Shown here: positions 12,882 to 26,768 of the stretch, one piece after another | Layout: the number at the start of each line of letters is the position of its first letter | Numbering within the stretch: position 1 is the stretch's first letter | DNA from: Octopus sinensis | Lineage: Eukaryota | Assembly (NCBI RefSeq): GCF_006345805.1 | Contig: NC_042999.1 | Coordinates: 88,226,001 to 88,290,000, forward strand | Reading direction: 5' to 3' | DNA length: 64,000 nt | The notes under the pieces: model-generated | Databases searched by the model: none | What the model was told of the DNA's origin: nothing | What the model saw: only the letters and a program-made list of their open reading frames with translations | Position numbers and translations under genes: made by a program

Positions 12882-13373
12882 CAACCCCACCAAGCTTGCT
12901 TGGTGAGGAGGGTGTTTATTGGACACCCTGCGGGATGAAAATACAAAACCCGTCAAAGGGTGAAGGAACTCTTGAGAGTCAACGGCCATCCAATAAATGT
13001 CTTAAGGCTGTATCATGCGCGGGGACATAGAAATAATCGGACTGAATACCCGATCGCGCGGTTAAACCATTGGGAGTGAAGGACTCCTAGCCTCTGTTAG
13101 GGCATCCTTCTAGGAGAAGGTAACTCGGGTAACTGGGATAACTCCGACATAAAACCTGCGGCTCAGTGGTTACCGATGTAGTTGACTTGTTCTTCTTTTC
13201 GGATTATGGCTGCTGTTGCTTAGTGAGTGAGATTAACTCAGTGCACAGCCTTTCCTCACTCTAAAAAAATTTTCTTGCACAGGCATTGCACGATAACAAC
13301 ATTGATTAAGCTTCGTGCAATGGCCATACTCGATAACGAGGGGGCAGCCACCATGTATGTATGTATGTATGTA
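12804..13373 (+). mobile_element. Non-autonomous RTE-derived element (structured 5' UTR joined to an RTE-type 3' end, (ATGT)n tail)
   Basis: No ORF. The last 39 nt (13317-13355) align ungapped at 30/39 with the 3' end of the RTE at 37391-37429. Several GC-rich hairpins, e.g. CACCAAGC-TT-GCTTGGTG and AGGGTGTT..GACACCCT. Confidence 0.7.
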
Positions 13374-13960
13374 TATACATATATATACACATATATATGT
13401 ATGTATTTATGTATATACATACATATATATACACATATATGTGTGTGTGTGTGTGTGTTACACGTGGCACTCTATAGAAGAAGTGTACAAGAACTGTAAT
13501 ATGGCCCATGAGATCAGTAGCTCTCCAGCGATGTGACACGGCATGCAGTTGAGCCGCGAAATATAGTACGGGAGTACACGAAAATAACAAAATTCTAAGA
13601 ACTGAAAAATAGAATCTCAAATTCTATATATATAATTTCCATTAACTTATGCGTCATGTACTGAACAAAGAAACGATCATTTAATAATTTGGTGTAGTTA
13701 AAATTGTTTATATTTATAGGCTAAAATATAAATATCTTTAAATAATTTTTGTTTATGCACAAAATGCATCGATATTTTATATTTGTTCTAAAGTATGCCG
13801 CAAGTAAAAAAAAAATGGGAAATTTGCATTATATTGAAGTGTTGATTTTGAATCCGCCAATATACTTAAACAAAGCAATCAGAAGCAATTCACCATATAA
13901 AATAAATATACACCGCAGCGCAACGTATACTTACATACATACATACACACATACATATAA

Positions 13961-13991
<31 letters not shown>

Positions 13992-14154
13992 CATGCCAAA
14001 CAAACTCACGCGCACACACACGTATGTATGTGTGTTCGAATTGTAATTGCTATTATTACTAATGTACATCTAAACATACTTTTTGCATTGAACGCATCCA
14101 CTTATGGTTTTTTGTGTACATAAATGCATAAAGAAATATATATATGTGCACTGG

Positions 14155-14425
14155 CACTTCGTCGGTTACGACGACGAGGGTTCTAGTTGATCGGATCAAC
14201 GGAACAACCTGCTCGTGGAATTAACGTGCAAGTAGCTCTCAGGGAGAGTCAGCATCACACAGAATGCAGCCCTTTGAAATGCAGGCACTTCTCAATTATG
14301 CTAGCAGGGTGACCAGGAGCAAACGTGAAATAAAGTATGTTACTCAAGGACATAATGCGCCGCCTTGAATCGAACTCACGACCTTATTATCGTGAATCGA
14401 ATACCCTAACTACTAAACCGCGCGC
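14155..14425 (-). mobile_element. tRNA-derived SINE, family C
   Basis: Minus-strand head GGCGCGCGGTTTAGTAGTTAGGGTATTCG..GGTCGTGAGTTCGATTC (boxes A and B). Related heads at 30523-30606 and 43462-43590. Confidence 0.75.
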
Positions 14426-14519
14426 CTTTACTGAAATACATGCATATATACACACACATACACGCATATATTATATATACAAACGTGTGTATGTGCATGT
14501 ACATGTGCGTGTGTGTGTT

Positions 14520-14553
<34 letters not shown>

Positions 14554-15349
14554 CAAAGTTTCGGCTTGCTTGCTTTCATCAGACTGTGCTTTAGGTTCTT
14601 TCTGGCTATATAATAACTTTCGGCAAGTTGATTTTTCAGGTAGAAGGAGCATAGTGAAAATGATTTTTAGGCGTTGGTGAGCTACGCCAAGGAACTAGGC
14701 GTACAGGATGAAGATAGACGAGGATAGAATGAAATTCCTGCGTCTGCAGCGTGTGAGTTGATAAAAAGTTCCTCTAACGAGATGGTTTCTAGTTTGATGT
14801 GCGTAAGCGTATGCTTATGTGTTTGGCTGTGTATATCTATTGGTATCATACATGTAAATACGTCTATTTGTCTTTCTCTATGTATGAATGTATATTCATA
14901 CATACGTATGTACATACATACATACATACATACATACATACATACATACATACATACAATCATACAATCATACATGCATACATGTAGATATACATGTTGG
15001 TGTGTGAGTGTATATGCAAGGTGTTTTGTGATATGTATATTCTCTTCTACTTTTAATCATTTGAAGTCAGTCTTCCTTACAGGAAGATCCGTCATTGAAA
15101 TGTAGATGACAAATACAGTATCACATTTTGAACATGAGAAACATTTTGCATATTTTTACTGTTTCACCTATGGGTTTTATTTTTAATTTGCTTGTCAGCT
15201 GGTTGATCTCTTTTTTTTCCCCACCTTTTACTGATAGTTACTAAAGCATTTACTCACAAGTCCAAGTGCACCAATTATTATTGGTATAAATGTGAACTTA
15301 TATTCTGGGTAGCAAAGCAGAAGGTTTCAAAGCAGCTGTCCAGTTATCG

Positions 15350-15357
15350 TCTCTCTC

Positions 15358-15420
<63 letters not shown>
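15350..15420. repeat. (CT)n microsatellite
   Basis: Seen directly. Confidence 0.97.
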
Positions 15421-15423
<3 letters not shown>

Positions 15424-16700
15424 TTTCGAAGAGATATTTGCATCAACAGGACAACTGACCTTATGATTCTGCATACATTTTATCTCTGTCCCAAATATCT
15501 GGCCTATTCTGTTTGCTTTTGATAGAAGATTTGATAGGTATTTTCCACCAATATTCCTCTAGTGTTGATGCTTATATATTCAGTAACAGAGGCATTCTCT
15601 ACATGGACGATATCTTCTGTTTTTTTTTTTTTTGCTTTTTTTTGCGGCATCATATACTGTCTTTAGGATCAAATCATATCGCACTAGGAGATGGCATTTT
15701 GATGACATTTTTGTGCAGCTGCTGATCACATGTGTGATGTCTTCTACAGAAATGTGACATAGTCGACATTTTCAGTTGCATTTAAGGATTCTAATTACTT
15801 CACTGTCTCTTTTCTTCGTGGAGCATTTTGTAGAAATCTCTTGCTCTTGGATTACAAATGGATAAGTGAAGTGATAATGATGTGTAGTGGTCACAAATTC
15901 AAGGAAGGCTCCACTTCATGTTGATACTACCAAGTCTTCTTTGTTTTGGCGTTGGATCATTGCTGATTATTGTATATTATCTTTCAGGTATTTGCTATAC
16001 TCTAAGTATATAAGAATCATTCTAACATTAGCACGGGGCTAAAAATTGGATGTAGAGAGAGAACATTTGGCGATTTCTCAGTGTTAGAAGTGGCGGATTC
16101 ATTGTTATTTCATATTTTCTCTTTAGTATCAGTCATCGTTCAGTTATATATATGGATTCTTGTATCTGTCATGTGATTGGGTCGACGGCATGCTGAATAA
16201 TATAAAAGTCATATCGACACACGAACACGTGATAGAGAATCGATGTAATTTCTACATCTCTATATTCTTGTAAATTTTCTTTCTGTTCCCTCAGTTTTAA
16301 AGTCAAAGAAACTGAGGCTAATGACTGGATCTTGGGTTTTAAGATCTAGTCATTAGCCTCGGTCATACTGAAAATTCAGTCATCAAAACCACTCAGGCTT
16401 TACGAGGTAGTATATTTTCTTCATTGTGTAGAAATGGGCCCATAGTTAAATTAATTGTATAGCTATTATGAACTAGGTTATTAAAAGCCACTGATTGTTC
16501 ATTCTTAGTCCAAAGTTGCTTCTTTAGTTTATATTGGTAACAGGCTTTAATGTCCTTGACGTTAATTTGTGTTTGACATTTACTCCTCTACACAACACCC
16601 TCACTTGCCCCAAAATTGATACGCTTTAAAAATAGCAGAAACTGATTTCTAAGTTTTAAATGGTGACCAAGCCGGTGACCGATGTCATGGAGTCAAAGTC

Positions 16701-16915
16701 AATCTACTGAAAAGTTCCAGGCTTAAAAGGTATCCCGAAAGGCCTGGTTGGAGGCCCAACATTCAGAGTTCTTTGACAGGGCTTAGAAAAACTGAAGGAC
16801 CCCTGCAATAAGTATGTGAATGTGAGAGGGGAATATATTGAATAATATCATAATGAACTGACTCGCCTGCGTTTTCTTTTATCCAAATCCAGGAACTTTT
16901 CAGCATACCCTCATA
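16701..16915 (+). mobile_element. Mariner-derived MITE / internal-deletion derivative
   Basis: Inverted ends CTGAAAAGTTCCAGG (16707-16721) and CCAGGAACTTTTCAGCATACCCTCATA (16889-16915). The interior keeps the mariner C-terminus-like FFDRA*KN*RTP..EGNI. Confidence 0.75.
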
Positions 16916-19900
16916 TATGAACACAAGAAATACACATGTCTCTGAAGTCAACAGAAAAGTTAATAACAAAGTAAAAAGAATACCTTAGGCATTTAAAAAT
17001 AAGGTAGTAAAGACTTTTCAAGTCGTCGCAATGGAAAAATGTTAGTGACCAGGCTGAAATAGTGTCATAAAAAAATTAACAGTTTTTAAAATAAGTTAAA
17101 TTATATTCAAAATAAAATTAACAACTTTGTGTGTTATCAAATGGTTCTTTTCGATGGCAAATTTCTCCACTAAGCGAATATAGATTTAATTTATCAAGCA
17201 GAATAAACCAGAGAATATGTATTATCTATTAGATGGGACAAAATGAGTTATTGCTACAAAAGTATATGTATTCCTATACGTACATACACTGCTGATTTAA
17301 CAGCAATACATTCATGCTCTCCACTTATGATTCTCTGCTATTAATTATTTCTCTCCCTATTGACGCTTTCTTGCGTTTTATACTCCCCATGCTACAATGT
17401 CTCAACAATAGCAGGTTTGTAGATTGTATTCCGTTAGTGTCTGCAATCGATTCTGTCGATTTCGTTTTGACTGCTTGAGTGGAACTATATCTCAGTTTTC
17501 TCTAAGTACTAGTTAATTTTGTATGTTAGCATTCATAAATACATCAATTATGCGCCAACAGTAAATAGATAACATCAGTGCCGCATAATCTGTCAATAAA
17601 ATGAGTTTATAACCTCAGTAAATCAACTTGCAAAGTTTATACTTAGTGTACTTTGTATGAAATCGGATTTTAAAGTTACTAATTTTAAAAAGGTTTATCT
17701 AAATTTCAGCACGGCTTCTCTCATTAGCAAATCAAGCAAATGTTCAGCTGTTTAATATTCCTAAATACTTGTTTATCAGTTTAGGTAAAAAAAATTACTG
17801 TATAGTCAACCAAAATCTACATAGATATATATAAATAAAAAAACAGAGGAAACGAATTCTTTCACGAGTTGATCACATTGGTATGGATATTACTTTCTTA
17901 GCGACAACATAGCCTATTTTATCAATAGACAAATGTCTTCTTTTTTAACTTGGCATCTTATATTTTAGATAATGATAAATACAAAGTGGAGAGACCAATT
18001 GGTTAAGTTGATAGTCTATCAGACTGCCGTTCAAAAGTTTGAGGTTTTGATCTGTTACCAGTAACACATTGCTTTATGGTAATCATCTTTCGTGCTTTGT
18101 TTTTCATTGTGCTATGTCTGGCGGTCAGTAAAGCTTACCTAGTTTGTACTTAGACCAAATATATCGCTATGACGATGACATTTTCTGTGTAATTGGAATC
18201 TGCGTTCAATGTAGTATTCTGTGTGTAATGATCAATACAAGAAATCTACAGTACCCCACATTCTGTTTGTAGTCATACAACGCTGCTCTACACTTTTACG
18301 AACATATTTTTTTATGTTTTGATGAGCTCGGATAGCTAATACTATGCTCCTTGTCTTGAAGTATCATACTATATTGAGATCAGTATATTACTTTCCCTTG
18401 TGTGTAGTTATTGCGTTATATAATGTTGTGGTCAGTAGATCGTTTGGGTTAACACTTTGACGATAACATACTGATATTTCTACTCACTGTTTGAAGATAT
18501 TCTCAGTTATTGAATTACATATTTCTGAAGAATTTTACGTCCACAAAACCTCTTTTACATCTTCAACAGTTTTTGATTAAAGCCAAATGTGAAAAATGAA
18601 AACCATTCATGCATGGTTTTCCGTACATGAAATTCTATGTGCAACTCATTCATGCATACTCTTCGCTCCGTTTAATCAAATCCTCAATTTCCGTTAAAAC
18701 TAACATCTCCTGTCCATGCCCACTTGGCTTGAAGTTAGGGAATCTTCTTAGTTTCGGAAATTCTCTGTTCATGCAAGAAAATATGAAGTATTTCTGGTTT
18801 TCTTTCTCAGTGTTTAGATAATCCAGTCGAAATAGAAATATTTCGATAATAATGTTAAACTGGAGTACAATAACGATGTGGTGGTGCTTCATCACAATAG
18901 TGGTGAGATACCCTTATATGTTGATATCAGCTTGGTGCGTTGCAAGACAAATGCAGGACAAAGCTAGTCCGCATGGATTACTTGTAACTGAAATACTTTA
19001 CTTAAGGAAACACTTACAGGCTCTATTTTTCCAAAACCACGTATGGTCATTCTGTTTTCTGTCTAGCTCTTTACTCTTCATACACGATTATCCTTATGAG
19101 TTATCAAAAAAACATCAATGGGAATTTCTTATTTTTTGTTATATCTTTTCCTTGTTTTTTTCTTCCATTTACATTCCCTTTCATCCTTACCTGCTACTGC
19201 TCTCTTGGATATATTGGCTTCCACTTATTGAAACGAGAAAAAGAATCATACTAAATATTTTAGAGTAAACTTAATTTACGGAATTTTATGGAATATATGT
19301 AATTTACAAGACATTGGGTCATATTCTTTAAAAGAGTAGAGTGGAAACCTAAGAAGAGTCTTCTGATAGCATTTTAAATTCAATAACATAAACCAAGACA
19401 AACTCTGTCTCGCTTGGGATAAACATTGAAAGGATTTTTCTTTAAATTTGCAAACTAGCTACATTAAACTTCTAATATCCTTTAATCAAATCATAAATAA
19501 ATAAGATCACTGGTGGTGTCCCAGCATAACTACGGATTGAAGTGCATAAAAGAATAAAGATGTATTTTATATTCACCGGGCGGTTTTTCAATATATTTTT
19601 CTACATGCGTACTTATCATAACGAAAAGGATAAACAAAAATCGTATATTAAGAGTAGCATTTAGGATTCATGTTCTACTGATATTATTTTTGTAACGAAA
19701 TCTTACGAGTCACGGTTTTAGAATTTCATGTTTAATTATTGGGTACTAACTTGAAAAAGGCTGTGGAACCACGTACTAGACATTTTCAGAAAGCATCCAC
19801 ACAACAATTAATTATCTACAATTTTCAAAAGAATATTTTATTAAAGGAATATTACATTGGACGTTGAATTTTCAAAAAAAAAGAGCAAATAACGAAAAAA

Positions 19901-20429
19901 CAATTAAAAAATGTCATCTTTTCTAATAATGTTGATTCGTAGAAATGAAAATAAAAGGTAGCCAATTCGGATAGAAAATATTTTGCCAATAAAGACTGCC
20001 AGATTTGAAAGATACAGCTTCCTGTGTTTTACTTCCAGTTGGCGAGAGTATGTGTAAATGTGTGTTTATATATATATATATATATGGGGGGGTCTGTCTG
20101 TCTGTCTGCAACTGTATGTATATGTGTGTGTTTGTGGAATATTTTGTCCAAGAGTTGATTTTCTTGAACACATATGAAGATAAATAAGACTGCGTTTTAT
20201 AATTCATCCGATATGAAATATGTACCATAGTCAGCTATTTTGCTTGCAGTCAAATTTTGTCTTCTGAATAAATACAGCAGATTTTCACTTCGAGTAAAAG
20301 AGTTCGGATACTGATTAAGACTTTATCTTCGGATTCCTTGAAAATTTGGCTAAACATATAAAACTCGACGAACCACAGATCTAACTAGGAAAGGCTGGGG
20401 ACTCCACATCTGAGGAGACATCATTCTAT

Positions 20430-21158
20430 ATAAACTAAATGCATTTCAATGTTTGGTGTGTTCTATACAAGAAAACTGAATCAAATTGTGATGAAGCTAA
20501 TTTAGGTAATGATCCTTGCAACGATAACAACGAGTTTGAAGACACATCCGATAGTGATTATCAAATGAATATGGTAATAATTATATCGATCTATTGCAAA
20601 CTGAACATTCCATTAGTCTCCTATTGCAGTAGACTCTTCCGCTGAAGGACATTTTAGCTTTCACAATATCATCCAAAACGGGAATACATTTGTCGGTTCA
20701 TTTCGTAGGCCTCCAACAAAGAAATGAAGTATTTCAGACATATATTGTCAAAAAAACTCTTCCTTTGTACAATTCTTACAATTTTCGTTGAAGCAGAGAA
20801 AGCTTTTCAAAAATATTTTTCGGCAGAGCTCTTTGTTACAAAATTGCCACCAAGTTTCTGCGGCAATATCATCAACAATGTCTGACGCAATGCTATTAAT
20901 CTCTAATATTATTTGTATTCAAGAGTTCTTTTTTTCTGTACAAGTATACATGTTTTTAATGGAATAAACGTCAATGTTAGAGATTCTTGTTATCTACTGT
21001 CAAAACCTCTAAATCAGTAAATGAGGAAATTAAAAGACAGGGGAAAAATTAAAGGTGGGATCTATTCTCATGAAATTCTCAGAAACCTGGAAATATTTTT
21101 TGTTCCATACTCGAGATTTCCGGAGAACGATGTGTTCCCGGAAAAATGAGAAGCTCTC
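20430..21158 (+). mobile_element. Fossil hAT-superfamily DNA transposon (C-terminal dimerisation domain and right end)
   Basis: 20775-20885 translates LTIFVEAEKAF..SAELFVTKL, matching the hAT dimerisation motif (L.IP.TSVEAERAFS.AGLFVTK). CCCGG-rich subterminal region ends GAGAAGCTCT at about 21157. Confidence 0.6.
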
Positions 21159-21301
21159 GTACAAGAAAGGCTTTCTGGATGTATTTTACATCATAAATTT
21201 AACTCTGTATCTGATAATGAGTACTCTTTCTTCCACTCGTTACCACTACAGGTATTATCCTTGTGTGTGTGTTATCAGTGTATGAATGTATCTTAAAAAC
21301 T

Positions 21302-21304
<3 letters not shown>

Positions 21305-21368
<64 letters not shown>
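21305..21368. repeat. (CA)n microsatellite
   Basis: Seen directly. Confidence 0.97.
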
Positions 21369-21372
<4 letters not shown>

Positions 21373-24300
21373 AACACGCACACTCACACACAAACTCATG
21401 CATCTACTTATATCGTCACCTACCTTCCTACCTATCTATCTATCTATCTATCTATCTATATGCGTGTCTTTCTCTATATGTACAAATACATACACACACA
21501 TACTCAGAGCGAGGGGTCGATAGATAGATAGATAGATATACATATACATATCTGCATATACATGTATGTGATTTGTATATTCACTTACATACTTTTTTAA
21601 TTGATTAAAAGGGTTAGATATAAATTTTTTTATATTTTGCGGTTTAGTCATCAACAATAACAACGAAGGAAAATCTCATTATGGAAATTTTTACTGGAAT
21701 TGTTAAATTTTTCCCAGTTCAGAATTCTTGAAGCATATCAAAAATATTCAATATAAAATTTGACTTGAAAAATCGAAAAAGTATATTCCTTCAGTTAAAT
21801 TTATTTGATGGTTTTCTTTCAGATGGTTGCATATATAATGGTAGAATGACTACTTCACATTGTCTTTCTTTCAGTACATACAGTTTGTTTTTAAATCTTC
21901 ACGTTCTTCTCTTTTGTTGTTTACCACTTTTGTCTATTCTGGTGAAGAATTCACGTCTAATCCTCTTTGTTTCTAAATCCTCAGTTTTAAATAACTTGAT
22001 ACTATTTTCGATCATGGTGTTTTTCTATAATGAGATTTATTGTTAACCTGAGCAAAGTTCTTGGTGAAATTCACCTCATTGAGAAAACTATTTAAAAAAA
22101 TAAACAAGCTCTAAAAAAAGTATTTGATTATATCTGTTGTGGATTATACAGCGTTATCGAGAATATACTACAGTATTTAACAGAACGACTTCAGTTTAAA
22201 TTAAAGTCTGGATGAATTCAACCTTTACTTCGTGGTTGGATATTCAATACTATATCAATTATGGAGTCCTACTTTGAAACTTATTCTGGGTTAATTGTGT
22301 TCCTCTTCATGTTATCAAATGAAACTTTTGCAATGTTTCATAATTGATAGTTGTCAATTAATTAGTCGATAGCTTCAAGAATCACAGGTGCAGCTAATTA
22401 TCTTTAGGATAACATGCTATTTATCACAGGTAATTTACCTAGAAAACTTCAATTTTGATAAACTAAAGCGAAATAGAGAAAAGCATTAAGTACTGAGATA
22501 ACACTTTATAGGTTTAAGTTTGCATCTGCTGCAAATTTCCCTCTTTCTCTATACAATACATTTCGCTTTATTTTAACTAGATGGAGTTAAAATAAAATTA
22601 ATTGCCAATACGGTTATTGAAATATTTTGTTGTAATTTTAAAATCAACAAACACCAATCTATCATTTTAGAGTAATTTCACTCTCAATCACAATTCTAAT
22701 TACCTCCCTTGATCGATCCCATTCAAAATAGAATGTCTGATTACCTTCGCTAAAATATCTCAATCTATGTTTAAATCTTAGCAAATGTGGTTAGTTTCCT
22801 TTAAGTGAAAGCCATTTGAATCGTCTTTCATTAAGCATTTCTTATGAAAGAGATTTATTTCCTTTATCACTTTTGCTACCAAACACTTTGAACACGTTAT
22901 ACCCCATCTTCTTTGCTGTAGAACTCTGCATGTTGTTTGGAAGCTATGAGATTATAAATGCTGCTGATACTTTTTGTGTTGCTTGCATTTGTCTGGGATG
23001 AGAAATAACTGTTGTTTACCCCCAAAGTCTAATCTTGATTGAGTAGATCTGTGATGTAAAATATACCAACCATGACTATCACGTCTTCCTTCTATGCATA
23101 GTGTTGTCCGTGCTACATTATCCAGTGTATGTCATCTTTTTAAAGGACTATAGAAATGATTAGAGTGGGGTTTATTTGCTTTCTCTTACTAGCTGAACGA
23201 CCACATAAAGATTCCTTCTTTGACTCACGTCAATGTTCCTCTTATGTGGAACGGATGATATTTCACTGAGAACTGAGAAGCGTGTTTTAGAATGATGTTG
23301 TAATAGTTATCGTTACTGTTGGAAATCAGGTTGAGTGCTTTTATTTTTCATGTAATTGCACAAACTGCGAGGGGTGAAGTGTACTGCAATAATGCACAAA
23401 CTGTTATCTTGCATGGCCAGGTGGTCTTAATTTTAGTATTTCTGCCTCACTGTATGTGATCTGTCAAAATCCTCTATATACAACCTGTCATCGTATGACG
23501 AAGTGAGCTAGTTCGGAGCCCTTCTAGTTTACTGCGATTTATTATGGAGAAGCTGAGGCCCAAGACGAGCTAGCGCGACACATGATTGCATATTGCATGT
23601 ACATCATTGCAGTTGTTTCATTCTGTTAGCTAAATGGGATAAATGTGGGTGCTTTTAGTAATTTTGTGCGCTATTTTTTTGTCCTTTCTATTAGCGGTAT
23701 GTTTATGTTGTTCGGTGTTATGGTTTGTGATATTTGATAATTTTAGCATGGATTGTAGAGGAATCAGTAGATTTCTTAGGTGTTTCGTTAAGCCAGCTTT
23801 GAAACCATGTTTGTAGATGTTTAGTTCAAGGTGAAAGTAGTTGCACAGCTATATCTGAAGATCAAGAGGGCTGTATGTGACTGAGATGCTATCTGCATAT
23901 ATTTATATATTTTCAGAAATTGGGAGGTCATGTGGATATAAAATGTATAGAGTGGGTGAGGGATCAATTCTGGTAATGAACTATTTGGAAAAAATGCAAA
24001 TATTGGAAGTTGTTTTATTTGTACCTTACTTGGGAGTTAGATTTCCCGATATAATTTGGTTCCGTTTCTCAAAGTTTTAGCATTTTGTGGATAAATGGGA
24101 AGCAACCAAAAGCTTTTCTGATAGTAGGTAGAACGGTGATGCAATGCGTGTGTGTGTATGCGTGTGTATGTGTGCGTGTGAGAGAAAGAGAGAGAGAGAG
24201 AGAGAGATCGTGTATGTAAGAAGGTGCTACCAACAAGTTAGTTCAGACAGAAAAGACTTATGATCAAATCCGTTCCAACATTTACGATCCCATTTTTGTA

Positions 24301-25118
24301 CCTCTAGGACTTCATTATCGAATATATTCTTCCGTTTTTAAAAAAAAAATAGGTACACAGAGCGAACAGTCATGTTGGAGAAACCGTTACGTATCACCTA
24401 TGACTGGTTCAGGAATAGTTTGGTAGATGAGAGAAATGGTTTGAAGCAGTTTTTCTTTTGTTTTGTTTGGTTTTAGAGATGATAATAATGAGTTAGTGAT
24501 ATTTAGGGTATGTCATTCTAAAATGTTGAGGTATGCTTAATCGAAATGTAATAAGAAATTTCAGGTGTCTAGTGTTGTATAAATATTTTCCATAAACTTC
24601 TGCAGCGTGAACATAACGGGTGTGATGATGTCCTCAGGCTGTCTTAAATTAATGGCATATAATCGCGCATATGCTCGCAGAAACAACCTGAAGGTACTAG
24701 TCTCTTACTTCCACGTCTGCAATGTACTATGTGAACAGTACAACAAAGTGCGTAAGCTTAAACTTGGTCTAGGAAGACTTACGTAAAGGAGTGTCATTCC
24801 ACAGACTCATCCTATCATACTTGTAGAAATGCTGAGTTTTGTTTGTCCTATTAGTTCAGGACCGTGAAAGGGAGAATAACCCTGATGTTCATTTACATCC
24901 GTTCACTTAATAATAGTTGTGACTAGTTTGGAAACGGAGAAAGAAAGAGGAAATATCTGAAGCCTGAAAGGGAGGAATTAAGTGAAACAGAGAGAAGAAA
25001 AGAAGTAAGATAACATTAAATATAAGGAACAAAAATATAAGAAAACAAGACTGATACATAGACAGATGGTCAGAAAGACATTGCGATGAATAGATTAACG
25101 GAAAGCTAGAGAGATAAC

Positions 25119-25119
<1 letters not shown>

Positions 25120-25192
<73 letters not shown>
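25120..25192. repeat. (GATA)n microsatellite
   Basis: Seen directly. Confidence 0.97.
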
Positions 25193-25194
<2 letters not shown>

Positions 25195-25693
25195 GTAGGT
25201 AGGTAAGGAAATATAGATGGATAAAAACAAAGGCTAATTGAGGTATGGTAAGACATGAACAAAGTGGGCGTGATCTGAAGAATATGGCATGAGAAGTGAA
25301 ATGTGAAGAAATAATCGCTAAGTTTAATGTCAGATGTATGAAGTGCAGTGTCGGCATTCTATTATTTATAATGTGCAAATGCCAAAGTGCTATTGTCAAT
25401 CTGCTGTACCTTCAAGGTGGTTCGGACTAAGATCTCAAGATTTAGTTTTGTTTGTATTTTCATTTACCGAATATTTCCTATTTTGAAAGAGGAACTAGAT
25501 ATCATATTGCCTCTAGGGCGTCAATATTATCATTTTCTCAGTAGCATCTAAATTACAATTTTTGCTACATGCCTTCTATAGTATAAATTTTTCAGTATTT
25601 TCTATTCCACAGTATCACAAGAGGCCAGTTCTTTCATGCATATACGCATACATACATACACACATACATACATACACACACACATACATACAT

Positions 25694-25724
<31 letters not shown>

Positions 25725-25732
25725 TACATATA

Positions 25733-26768
25733 TAAGGTCATACTATAAATAATGCGTTTTTTTTCAATTGCATGAACTAAAAGATGGAGGGGGACGGGAT
25801 AAACTACCTGCATCAACTTGCTATAAAAGCAGGTAGTAATTTTACTTTGTGAGGTTCGATTTTAGCAGTTATTTTTTCAAATTTATAATGGAAGCGACAA
25901 AGGAGCACATTCAGCATATTTTGCTTTATGAGTTCAATAAAAGCAATAATGCAACGGAAAGTGCGAGGAATATTACTGAAGTATATGGGGATAGGACAAT
26001 AAGCGTAAGCCAGTGTCAACAGTGGTTCCTGAAATTCCGAGCCGGAAACAACAGCCTAGAAGACAAGCCTCGTCCTGGAAGATCTGTAGAGATCGATGAT
26101 GACATCCTGCAAACCCTGGTTGAACAAAATTCCATCGCAATTGTTGAGGAACTAGTAGAGAAGCTTGGATTTAGTTATTCAAACCGTTCAACATCTGCAT
26201 GCCATCGGAAAAGTCAGTAAATTGGGTCAATGGGTTCCTCACAAACTTTCCGAGTCTAATTGCGCGCAGAGAGTGAATGTGTGCTCTTCTTTGCTGTCAC
26301 GTCTCACGAATTAACTTTTTTTTTTTTTTTACCGAATAGTCTCTGGTGACGAGAAATGGGTTCTCTATAAAAATGTCAAGCGCCGAAGACAGTGGGTAGG
26401 GAAAGGAGAAACGCCGGCACCCCAGACTAAAGAAGGTCTTCACCCACGTAAGCTATAGTTATCTGTTTGGTAGGACATGAAAGGTTTAGTCCACTTTGAA
26501 CTTTTAAACCCAAACTAAACAATAACTAGGGAGATCTACTGCGAGCAGCTCGAGCAGCTTAAGTCAGCGCTAGAAGAAAATCGACTTTGTTTTCAAGACG
26601 AGAGGTGTTTTTCAATCATGATAATGCTTGGCTACATACACCGAGGATGACATTCCAAAGGCTGGAGCAGTTTGAATGTGAAACGATGCCCCACCCACGA
26701 TATACGCCGGACATTGCTCCATCTGATTATCATTTATTCCGCTGTCTTCAAAATCATTTCGACGGAGG
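25733..26768 (+). mobile_element. Mariner (Mos1-like) transposon, pseudogenised transposase, 3' end and right TIR missing
   Basis: MEATKEHIQHILLYEF (HTH), GQWVPHKL, SGDEKWVLY, HDNA, HPRYTPDIAPSDYHLF, covering all three DD34D aspartates. Frameshifts and stops are present. Confidence 0.95.

Noticed and set aside
14360-14425. tRNA-like sequence (also 30523-30606, 32139-32215, 43462-43525)
   Set aside because: Box A/B are present but there is no acceptor stem or cloverleaf, and each runs into a SINE body.
14669-14703. Two mutually exclusive GGCGT/ACGCC hairpins (switch-like)
   Set aside because: The stems are only 5-6 bp, with no other support.
18852-19268. 138-aa hydrophobic ORF
   Set aside because: The composition reflects a T-rich low-complexity strand; no family motif.
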